A DNA stretch of 64,000 nucleotides from Christensenellaceae bacterium. GTDB taxonomy: Bacteria; Bacillota; Clostridia; Christensenellales; Borkfalkiaceae. The notes beneath the pieces were generated by a model. That model saw only the letters and a program-made list of their open reading frames with translations. It was not told the DNA's origin and ran no database searches. The position numbers and the translations under genes are program-made. The DNA lies in assembly GCA_045614185.1 (NCBI GenBank), contig JAZLCJ010000016.1, forward strand, positions 11,384 to 75,383, in the 5' to 3' direction. Positions 57,207 through 64,000 of this stretch are shown piece after piece (position 1 is the first letter of the stretch; each line of letters begins with the position of its first letter).

Positions 57207-57570
57207 AAACAATAAAATAAATACAACTATAGAGACAACACTAAAAAACATAAGTAATTTGATTGATGTTAATACTGTTGTGGGTAAGCCAATTAAAACA
57301 GAAGACGGTGAATACGTTGTGCCTGTTTCAAAAGTTACAGTAGGTGTTTTGGCGGGCGGTGGAGAGTATGGAAAAGTTACCGTTTTTACAAAAGATAAGG
57401 ACTTGCCGTTTTCGGCTGGTAATGGCGCAATTATTTCTGTTAAGCCTTGTGGGTTTTTAATAAAAGAAGGTAAGAAATTTAAAGTTATTACCGTGTCAGA
57501 TAATTCTTTTGATAAATTAATGGATAAAGCAACTGATTTTATTGCGCAACTCAACGGAGAAATTCAATGA
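57190..57570 (+). CDS. ytfJ: sporulation protein YtfJ (GerW family)
   Basis: VVGKPIKTEDGEYVVPVSKVTVGVLAGGGEYG pattern. Confidence 0.8.
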   Translation: MRLQNENNKINTTIETTLKNISNLIDVNTVVGKPIKTEDGEYVVPVSKVTVGVLAGGGEYGKVTVFTKDKDLPFSAGNGAIISVKPCGFLIKEGKKFKVITVSDNSFDKLMDKATDFIAQLNGEIQ

Positions 57571-58625
57571 AGAAATTTTTCTCTATAATTATAAGTGTTT
57601 TAATTGTTGCGTGTTCTTTTAGCTTAAATAGTAGGGTGTGTTTTGCTAATGCTTTAAGTAGTACTGCTGAAATAGTAATCGAATTAAATTCTGGTAGAAT
57701 TTTACACGAAAAAAATTGTTATGAAAAAAAATATATGGCAAGCACTACTAAAATTTTAACTGCAATTACTATAATTGATAATTGCAATGTTAGCGATATT
57801 GTTACCGTTACAAAAGAAACAGTTGGGGTAGAGGGATCAAGTATATATTTAGAAGTTGGGGAAAAGCTATCAGTTAAAGAATTGTTGTATGGTTTAATGT
57901 TGCGTTCTGGTAATGACTGTGCTGAAACTTTAGCTGTTTATTGTAGTGGAAGTATTAAAGAATTTGCAAACTTAATGAATAAAACAGCAAAAACTATAGG
58001 CGCAAATGATAGTAATTTTACAAATCCACATGGACTTCATGACAATAATCATTATACAACGGCGTATGATTTAGCGTTAATATCTCGCTATGCAATGAAA
58101 AATGAAATCTTTAGAGAAATAGTAGGGAAAAAGAGTGTGATTATACCACACATAACGCAAAAATATGATAGAAAACTTATAAATAAGAACAAAATGTTAA
58201 CTGAATTTGAAGGTTCAAACGGTATTAAAACTGGATATACCAAAAAAGCAGGTAGATGTTTAGTTTCTAGTTGTATAAGAGATGGCATGGAATTAATTTG
58301 CGTGGTGCTAAATTGTCCACCAATGTTTGAAAGGTCGAAAGAATTATTAAGTCAAAATTTTGGTAATTATAAGAATGAAGTTGTTATTGAAAGTGATAAC
58401 ATACTTGGATTTATCAATCTAGAAAATTCTGATATTTCTTATGCGTTACACATAAAAAATGACGTTGTTTTACCACTAAATAATATAGAAAAAGAAAACT
58501 TAAAAATAGAATATAAATATGATAAAGCAGTAAAGCGCCCATTAAAAAGTGGTGAATATGTAGGCGAAGTTGAAATTTATACTCAAAATAACTTGATTTT
58601 TAAAGAAAAAATATATACTATATAA
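57567..58625 (+). CDS. D-alanyl-D-alanine carboxypeptidase (S11)
   Basis: STTK (SxxK), SGN and KTGYT motifs, plus a signal peptide. Confidence 0.85.
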   Translation: MKKFFSIIISVLIVACSFSLNSRVCFANALSSTAEIVIELNSGRILHEKNCYEKKYMASTTKILTAITIIDNCNVSDIVTVTKETVGVEGSSIYLEVGEKLSVKELLYGLMLRSGNDCAETLAVYCSGSIKEFANLMNKTAKTIGANDSNFTNPHGLHDNNHYTTAYDLALISRYAMKNEIFREIVGKKSVIIPHITQKYDRKLINKNKMLTEFEGSNGIKTGYTKKAGRCLVSSCIRDGMELICVVLNCPPMFERSKELLSQNFGNYKNEVVIESDNILGFINLENSDISYALHIKNDVVLPLNNIEKENLKIEYKYDKAVKRPLKSGEYVGEVEIYTQNNLIFKEKIYTI

Positions 58626-58650
58626 TTATTAAGATTATATAAGGTATATT

Positions 58651-59355
58651 ATGAGAATAAATAAATTTTTAGCAAATAGTGGCGTTGCATCAAGACGTGC
58701 AGCTGATCAACTTATCAATGACGGTGCTGTTAAAATAAATGGCAGAATTTGCTCGCTCGGTGATGACGTTGATATAGCAAATGATTCTGTAACAGTAAAC
58801 GGTAGACCAGTAAACGTTGTGAAAAAATATGATTATTATATCATGAATAAGCCCAAGGGTTGCGTTTGTACGGTTAAAGATGATAAGGGCAGAAAAACTG
58901 TTATTGATTTGCTTCCACCAAGCGCAAAACGCTTATTTCCGGTCGGTAGACTTGATTATGATACTGAAGGCTTGTTAATTTTGACAAATGATGGCGATTT
59001 AACCTTTAAGTTAACTCATCCTAAAAATGAAGTTCCTAAAACTTACTTGGTAAAAACCGAAAAACCAGTTTCTGATGAAGATTTGCAAAAACTTCGCTCT
59101 GGCGTTTACATCGATGGTGTAAAAACAAAAAAATGTAACGTTAGACTTATTGAAACGCATAAGGACGGCTCTAAACTTCATATAACAATTACTGAAGGTA
59201 GAAACCGCCAAGTTCGTAAAATGTTTGAGGCTGTCAATAATAACGTTGATTTTCTTAAAAGAATTAAGATTGGTGATTTAACTTTAACAGGGCTTAATCG
59301 TGGTGAAGTTCGCCAGTTAAATGCAAGGGAAATTGATTACTTGTTAAATTTGTAA
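58651..59355 (+). CDS. rluB: rRNA pseudouridine synthase, RsuA/RluB family
   Basis: N-terminal S4 domain and catalytic GRLDYDTEGLL. Confidence 0.9.
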   Translation: MRINKFLANSGVASRRAADQLINDGAVKINGRICSLGDDVDIANDSVTVNGRPVNVVKKYDYYIMNKPKGCVCTVKDDKGRKTVIDLLPPSAKRLFPVGRLDYDTEGLLILTNDGDLTFKLTHPKNEVPKTYLVKTEKPVSDEDLQKLRSGVYIDGVKTKKCNVRLIETHKDGSKLHITITEGRNRQVRKMFEAVNNNVDFLKRIKIGDLTLTGLNRGEVRQLNAREIDYLLNL

Positions 59356-59359
59356 AAAT

Positions 59360-59388
59360 AAAAAAGGCACTAAAATTAGTGCCTTTTT
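59360..59388. terminator. bidirectional rho-independent terminator
   Basis: AAAAAAGGCACT-AAAATT-AGTGCCTTTTT. Confidence 0.85.
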
Positions 59389-59403
59389 ACATTTTAAATT
59401 AAA

Positions 59404-60639
59404 TTATTTTTTTCTTCTTCTTTGTCTTTGGAATACAGCGAATTTTGCGCCTACGTATCTAAGAGCAACAGCGCCTACGTAAATTGCTGCTAAAACGTTG
59501 GGGAGAACGAATGAGAACGCGATAATAGCGCCATTTGCAAAGTTAACACCACAAATTAAGTTAATAACAAGTGAAACAACTAAAACGTTAAATGCAATAA
59601 TACCAGCGGTTATTATACCGTCAACACCAATCTTTTTAGCCGTTGTATCGTTTGGATAAACAAGATATTTCAAAACTAAATAAGCAGGCGGGAGCGAACA
59701 TAAAATCGAACCAAATATTGCTACAAAGACCTTTGCAGAAGAACCGCTACCAACACCTAAAGAAATGACAAGCAAAGCGATAAACGCAATTGCAAATGCA
59801 AAAACTGAAACGTAAGCGTTTAATTTATTTAATAAAACAGTTCCGCGTGTTTCATAAGAATCTTTAGAAGAAACTCTAACTTTATAATTATCTTTAGCCG
59901 CTTGAAGTTTTAAGTCGCCAAAATCTTTGTCTTCCAAAGTTTTTACGCTGTTATCAGTAAGTGTTTTATTTAAGTCTTTAACTTCAGGTTGTGCAGGTTT
60001 TTCATCAATAACATTACTTTTAGCGGTGTTATTTTGCATTGAAGAAGTTTTAATTAAACCGTTAAGAATGTTTCTAAAGTTGATATCTTGAGGGTTTTCT
60101 GCGGCTTTTTTGGGTTCCTTTTCAATGATTTTAGAAGAAACTTGACTACTTGCAGCCATATTGCGAACGTAAATATCAGGGGCTTTAGAAGGCTTAGATT
60201 CAATTGAATTAACAGGGTTGATTTCGTGTGAAGTTACAACTTTAACAATTTCAACGGGTTTTTCAATGATTTTTTCAACGTATTCAGTCTTGTAAACGGG
60301 TTGTTGTTCACAATCCATAAGTTTATCAATAATTGCACGAGAAAAAGTCCAACTTGAAAGGTTTGCTTCAACGGTTGCTTTACCATTTTCAGTAAGTGTA
60401 AAATATTTTCTGCGACCAGTATCAGCATCATACCAGTAAGATTTTACGTACTTTAAGTTTTCCAAACGTTTTAACGCGCTGTAAAGCGTTGCTTGATTGA
60501 TTTTGTATTCATTTCCGCTTTTTTCATCAATAGCATCGCTGATTTGTTGTGCAAATTTGTCTGATTCTAACAAAGTGTGCAAAATAATCGTATCGATATG
60601 ACCGCGGATTAAATCACTACTGATTGCATTTTGTTCCAT
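59404..60639 (-). CDS. membrane-tethered PadR-family transcriptional regulator (wHTH + long linker + 4 TM)
   Basis: IRGHIDTIILHTLL...ATLYSALKRLENLKYVKSYW...RKYFTLTENG is a PadR fold. A Pro/Ser/Lys/Glu-rich linker of about 150 aa follows. The C-terminus has four hydrophobic helices and ends RQRRRKK. Confidence 0.75.
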   Translation of the reverse strand: MEQNAISSDLIRGHIDTIILHTLLESDKFAQQISDAIDEKSGNEYKINQATLYSALKRLENLKYVKSYWYDADTGRRKYFTLTENGKATVEANLSSWTFSRAIIDKLMDCEQQPVYKTEYVEKIIEKPVEIVKVVTSHEINPVNSIESKPSKAPDIYVRNMAASSQVSSKIIEKEPKKAAENPQDINFRNILNGLIKTSSMQNNTAKSNVIDEKPAQPEVKDLNKTLTDNSVKTLEDKDFGDLKLQAAKDNYKVRVSSKDSYETRGTVLLNKLNAYVSVFAFAIAFIALLVISLGVGSGSSAKVFVAIFGSILCSLPPAYLVLKYLVYPNDTTAKKIGVDGIITAGIIAFNVLVVSLVINLICGVNFANGAIIAFSFVLPNVLAAIYVGAVALRYVGAKFAVFQRQRRRKK

Positions 60640-60812
60640 ACAAAACTCCTAAATTTATAATATATTTTATTTAAGTATACTATTAAAATTAGATTTAGTC
60701 AATTATTTTTAACATAATAAAATTATGCCAGATAAAATTATAATAAAAAAAGTTAGTTAAACACTAATAAAAATTGTTATATAAGAATTATTTTGTAATT
60801 TTTTAAAATCTA

Positions 60813-60841
60813 TTGACAAACTCGTCTTTATTTGTTATAAT
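60813..60841 (+). promoter_or_regulatory. perfect sigma-A promoter TTGACA-N17-TATAAT with TG extension
   Basis: Read directly from the sequence. Lies about 120 nt upstream of the recombinase ATG. Confidence 0.75.
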
Positions 60842-60849
60842 TTAAGCAC

Positions 60850-60883
60850 AACTATGCGTAAAAGCCGTGTTTTGCGCATAGTT
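60850..60883 (+). other. leader stem-loop (9-bp perfect stem AACTATGCG/CGCATAGTT, 16-nt loop)
   Basis: Read directly from the sequence. Starts about 3 nt after the predicted transcription start and has no U-run. Confidence 0.5.
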
Positions 60884-60961
60884 ACATATATTTAACTTTT
60901 ATTCCCCATTTAGAAAAAAAATTAGAAAATTAAAGAAAATTTATTAAATTGGTGCCCTATT

Positions 60962-62017
60962 ATGAAGCAAAAAAGTTTTTATGAACAACGCGAAATATCT
61001 TGTATTAAACGCCTAAATGATATTGTCGATAAACTTCCCTATTACGTTAGAGACTTTTTTATTGGCGTTGAACTTAGAACAAGCGCATTAACTAGACTTA
61101 ATTACGCTTATGATTTGCGTGTTTTCTTTGATTTTTTGTCAAAAAAAGTGTTTAGAAAAGAAATTACTGATATTGAATTAAAAGATTTGGCAAAATTAGA
61201 ATCGTTTGACTTTGAATATTTTCTTAGTTATCTAAGCCACTATACTATAAACGACAAAGAAGAACGCTGTACTGAAACTGGAAAAGCAAGAAAATTATCA
61301 ACTTTACGCGCATTTTATAAGTATTTTTTCAACCGCAACGCTCTACCTGCTAATACTCCGTCTAAAGTTTCTATGCCTAAAATACATGAAAAAGAGATTA
61401 TTAGGCTTGATTCTAACGATAAAGTTGATGAAATCGGTGATATGTTATATACGGTTGAAACTGGACAAGGCTTAACAAAGAAACAATTAGCTTTCCATAA
61501 TGCAACCAAACTTCGCGATGCTGCAATAATTACCCTATTTTTAGGTACTGGAATTCGTATAAGTGAACTGGTTGGATTAAATACTGATGATATTGACTTT
61601 AATACAAATAGTTTTATTGTTACACGAAAAGGTGGAAATCGTGCCGTTTTGTACTTTAACGATGAAGTTGCATCTGCCCTGCACGATTATTTAGACACAA
61701 GGCTGAAAGAAGAAGATAAAAGCGAATCTGCACTTTTCTTATCCTTACAAAATCGTAGAATATGCACAAGAACTGTACAAGAATTAGTTAAAAAGTACGC
61801 AAAAATAGTTTCCCCGCTTAAAAAAATCACACCGCATAAGTTAAGAAGTACTTTTGGTACTAATTTATATAAACAAACGGGCGATATTTACGTTGTAGCA
61901 GACTGTTTAGGTCATAAAGACGTAAATACTACTAAAAAGCACTATGCTGCTATTACTGAAGATATTAGAAAGAAAGCGGCAATAAACTTAAGTATAACAA
62001 ATAACGAAGAAAAGTAA
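60962..62017 (+). CDS. tyrosine site-specific recombinase (XerC/XerD-like)
   Basis: Core-binding N-domain plus catalytic residues: R in GTGIRISEL, HKLRSTF, and GHKDVNTTKKHY. Confidence 0.8.
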   Translation: MKQKSFYEQREISCIKRLNDIVDKLPYYVRDFFIGVELRTSALTRLNYAYDLRVFFDFLSKKVFRKEITDIELKDLAKLESFDFEYFLSYLSHYTINDKEERCTETGKARKLSTLRAFYKYFFNRNALPANTPSKVSMPKIHEKEIIRLDSNDKVDEIGDMLYTVETGQGLTKKQLAFHNATKLRDAAIITLFLGTGIRISELVGLNTDDIDFNTNSFIVTRKGGNRAVLYFNDEVASALHDYLDTRLKEEDKSESALFLSLQNRRICTRTVQELVKKYAKIVSPLKKITPHKLRSTFGTNLYKQTGDIYVVADCLGHKDVNTTKKHYAAITEDIRKKAAINLSITNNEEK

Positions 62018-62048
62018 AAAAACACAAGCAATTTGCTTGTGTTTTTTG
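62015..62048. terminator. bidirectional rho-independent terminator
   Basis: AAAAAAACACAAGC-AATT-GCTTGTGTTTTTT. Confidence 0.85.
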
Positions 62049-62057
62049 TGTCTAAAT

Positions 62058-63359
62058 TTATTCAACTGGAGAATTATCCACTAAAATTTCGGGGCGTTCA
62101 TCAGGCTCGTCTGTAATAATTTTTACGTTATTAAGCGTCACGTCGGCGTTTTTAATATAAAGACCACTTGCAGGAAGAACTCGCCCAAAATTATCACTAT
62201 TTGGATATCCGTCTGGCTTAAACACGCTATCTATATCGCTCAACTTCTTCCCCCCTTGAACCTTAAGGGTAATATTAGTTAGATTTATATTTTTCATAGG
62301 TTTATCAGATAAATTAACAACCGAGCTTGTAATAGAAGCATTTTGATAATCAACTTCAACAAGGTTTATATTGTGAAAACCAAATTGAATACTCCTAAAT
62401 ACTTCAGGGTTAATATCAGCATAAACGTTTGAAATATAAACGTCGTTAATAGTGCCGATAGGCGTTCCTTTTGGGGCACGCATACGCCTACAAGCATAAA
62501 CAAAAATAGGCGTTGAAACGTTTTGCATTGTAATATTACTTATGTTTATACCGGAAATATTTGAACCATCAGCACTTTCTATTGCAATACCAGAACAACG
62601 AGTGTTATAAACTACGCAATTATCAATAGTTATGTATTTAAAATCACCATTTGTTTCAGTACCAATTTTAATAGCATTACAATTGCTTTGAATAATGCAG
62701 TTAGTCGCAGTAATTCTTCGACACTCATGGAATTCATTATCATAAAAAGAAGATTTAATAACCAAACCGTCGTCCCCACAAACAAGATTGCAGTTAGAAA
62801 TAACCGCATCTTCACAGCCGTCAAGATTAATACCGTCAATATAAGTGTAGGTTTTAAGTCCGTCAATAAGAATATTTTTACATCTTCCAAGTAGTATTGC
62901 TAAATCGGTAGCGTAATTTATTGTTAAGCCAAGAATTTTAATGACGTTTACCCTATCAAACGCTATCGGTTTTGCACCACGATATCGTTCTTTTCTCTTT
63001 TTATTATAATCCCAACCTGATTGCATGTCGATGGTAGCGTTTCCACGAAGAATTATATTTTCGGCATTTCTTGCAAAAAACATACTTTTAGTATAACTAC
63101 TATGTGATAAATCTTGATAATTATTTTTACGTTCTTCATCTTGAAAATAAGCATCAAGGTCCCTGGTTCCTAAAAGTTTAACTCCGTCTTCAAAAACAAG
63201 CGTAGTATTACTTTTAAGTTCAACACTTGCTAATGTATAAGTTCCAAAAGGAACAAAAATCGGCTCGTTTCCATTATTAAAAGAATAATCTACAGCCCTT
63301 TGAAAAGCACCCGTTTGCAACTGTTCGCTTTCAATAATAAAATCCTTTAGATTAATCAT
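62058..63359 (-). CDS. GH28-like (polygalacturonase-fold) right-handed beta-helix protein, no signal peptide
   Basis: NLDGCEDAVISNCNLVCGDDGLVIKS matches the GH28 NxDG...GDD block, and NAIKIGT resembles the RIK block. The usual G-H-G motif reads CSG. Confidence 0.65.
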   Translation of the reverse strand: MINLKDFIIESEQLQTGAFQRAVDYSFNNGNEPIFVPFGTYTLASVELKSNTTLVFEDGVKLLGTRDLDAYFQDEERKNNYQDLSHSSYTKSMFFARNAENIILRGNATIDMQSGWDYNKKRKERYRGAKPIAFDRVNVIKILGLTINYATDLAILLGRCKNILIDGLKTYTYIDGINLDGCEDAVISNCNLVCGDDGLVIKSSFYDNEFHECRRITATNCIIQSNCNAIKIGTETNGDFKYITIDNCVVYNTRCSGIAIESADGSNISGINISNITMQNVSTPIFVYACRRMRAPKGTPIGTINDVYISNVYADINPEVFRSIQFGFHNINLVEVDYQNASITSSVVNLSDKPMKNINLTNITLKVQGGKKLSDIDSVFKPDGYPNSDNFGRVLPASGLYIKNADVTLNNVKIITDEPDERPEILVDNSPVE

Positions 63360-63361
63360 AC

Positions 63362-63529
63362 TTATCCTCCATTTTCGTCAGTGATAATTTTAGATATTTT
63401 TATAATTTTGTAATTTTTATTTTCCTCAATACATTTGCAACAATTATCACAAATTTTGTTTGGGTCAAGATCGCAAGTGTCATCAATAATATCTTCATTA
63501 ACTTCGAAATTTGTTTTATTTTTATCCAT
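63362..63529 (-). CDS. 55-aa acidic Cys-rich protein (C-x7-C-x2-CC-x-C)
   Basis: AAAGGGG RBS 7 nt before the ATG at 63529. Its stop lies 2 nt from the GH28-like ATG, whose GGAGGA RBS sits inside this ORF. Confidence 0.45.
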   Translation of the reverse strand: MDKNKTNFEVNEDIIDDTCDLDPNKICDNCCKCIEENKNYKIIKISKIITDENGG

Positions 63530-63577
63530 AATATATACCCCTTTTTTTATTTTTATAAATTTAGTTAAATAAAATAT

Positions 63578-63589
63578 AAACATTTGTTT
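63578..63589. promoter_or_regulatory. SOS (Cheo)-box-like palindrome AAAC-ATTT-GTTT
   Basis: Contains the AAC-N4-GTT core of Firmicute LexA boxes. Overlaps the -35 of the lexA promoter and the putative -35 of the divergent promoter. Confidence 0.45.
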
Positions 63590-63616
63590 GACTTTATGTA
63601 TATTCTATGTTAAAAT
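63588..63616 (+). promoter_or_regulatory. sigma-A promoter TTGACT-N17-TAAAAT (lexA)
   Basis: Read directly from the sequence. Confidence 0.65.
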
Positions 63617-63622
63617 TTAGCT

Positions 63623-64000
63623 ATGAAAAAAATAGAAGAAAAAATACAACAAGTATATAATTTTACCGTAGAATTTATAAAAGATAATGGTTTTCCACCC
63701 TCTGTTAGAGAAATTTGCACAAAACTTAATATTAAATCTACCGCAACCGCCTATTCTTATATTGAAAAATTAAAAGATAAAGGCTTACTTGAAAAGTCGC
63801 CAATGAAAAAGCGTGCTTTAACTCTTCCTGGGCGTGCGCAAGATTTTAAAAGCATACCTTTACTTGGAACTATACGCGCGGGCGAACCCATTTTCGCGGT
63901 TGAAAATCTTGAAGGTTATTACCCACTCCCTAAAGAATTTGATACTGGCGGAGATGAATTTGCCTTAAAAGTTAAGGGCGACAGTATGATTAACGCAGGT
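63623..64000 (+). CDS. lexA: LexA repressor (5' part, runs off the window)
   Basis: My translation gives MKKIEEKIQQVYNFTVEFIKDNGFPPSVREICTKLNIKSTATAYSYIEKLKDKGLL...IRAGEPI...KVKGDSMINAG. This shows the wHTH, the Ala-Gly cleavage site and the catalytic Ser motif. Confidence 0.9.
   Translation, partial: MKKIEEKIQQVYNFTVEFIKDNGFPPSVREICTKLNIKSTATAYSYIEKLKDKGLLEKSPMKKRALTLPGRAQDFKSIPLLGTIRAGEPIFAVENLEGYYPLPKEFDTGGDEFALKVKGDSMINAG

Noticed and set aside
63362-63529. SCIFF-type (six-Cys-in-45) ranthipeptide precursor
   Set aside because: The Cys spacing (C-x7-C-x2-CC-x-C) and the acidic sequence do not resemble the SCIFF pattern. No radical-SAM maturase is adjacent.
1-64000. CRISPR arrays, rRNA operons, IS elements, prophage blocks
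   Set aside because: Reading through all intergenic regions, I saw no regularly spaced direct repeats, no rRNA-like sequence, and no transposase or phage structural genes.

Overview
This 64 kb window is a chromosomal segment from a low-GC, endospore-forming Firmicute (Clostridia-like). Gene order supports this: mrnC-rlmB-sigH-dnaX-ybaB-recR, spoIIIAA-AH, asp23-nusB-folD-ispA-tlyA-nadK-argR-recN-spoIVB, scpA-scpB-ytfI-ytfJ-dac-rluB and an ispH::S1 fusion. I call about 76 CDS, almost all on the + strand, plus two tRNAs: Ser-UGA (+) and Trp-CCA (-). Several sigma-A-type promoters fit the consensus perfectly or nearly so, and there are many rho-independent terminators. I found no rRNA, CRISPR array, transposase or prophage. 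Most of the window is ordinary core genome, and I see no clear multi-gene novel system. The most accessory-looking loci are listed here. (1) A two-gene cassette sits right after tRNA-Ser: a stand-alone YafY-type wHTH translationally coupled to a 2-TM protein of unknown fold. (2) A 1035-aa protein has a lipobox signal at one end and a TM helix plus acidic tail at the other, and is preceded by an odd CpG-rich palindromic leader. (3) A WYL regulator is divergently paired with a 65-aa ORF. (4) A small Cys-rich ORF plus a cytoplasmic GH28-like gene diverge from lexA and share one SOS-box-like palindrome with it. (5) The nnr gene is interrupted by an in-frame TAG. (6) A divergent MreB paralog sits where MinC would be expected. 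All functional calls rest on motif and synteny recognition by eye, with no database search.
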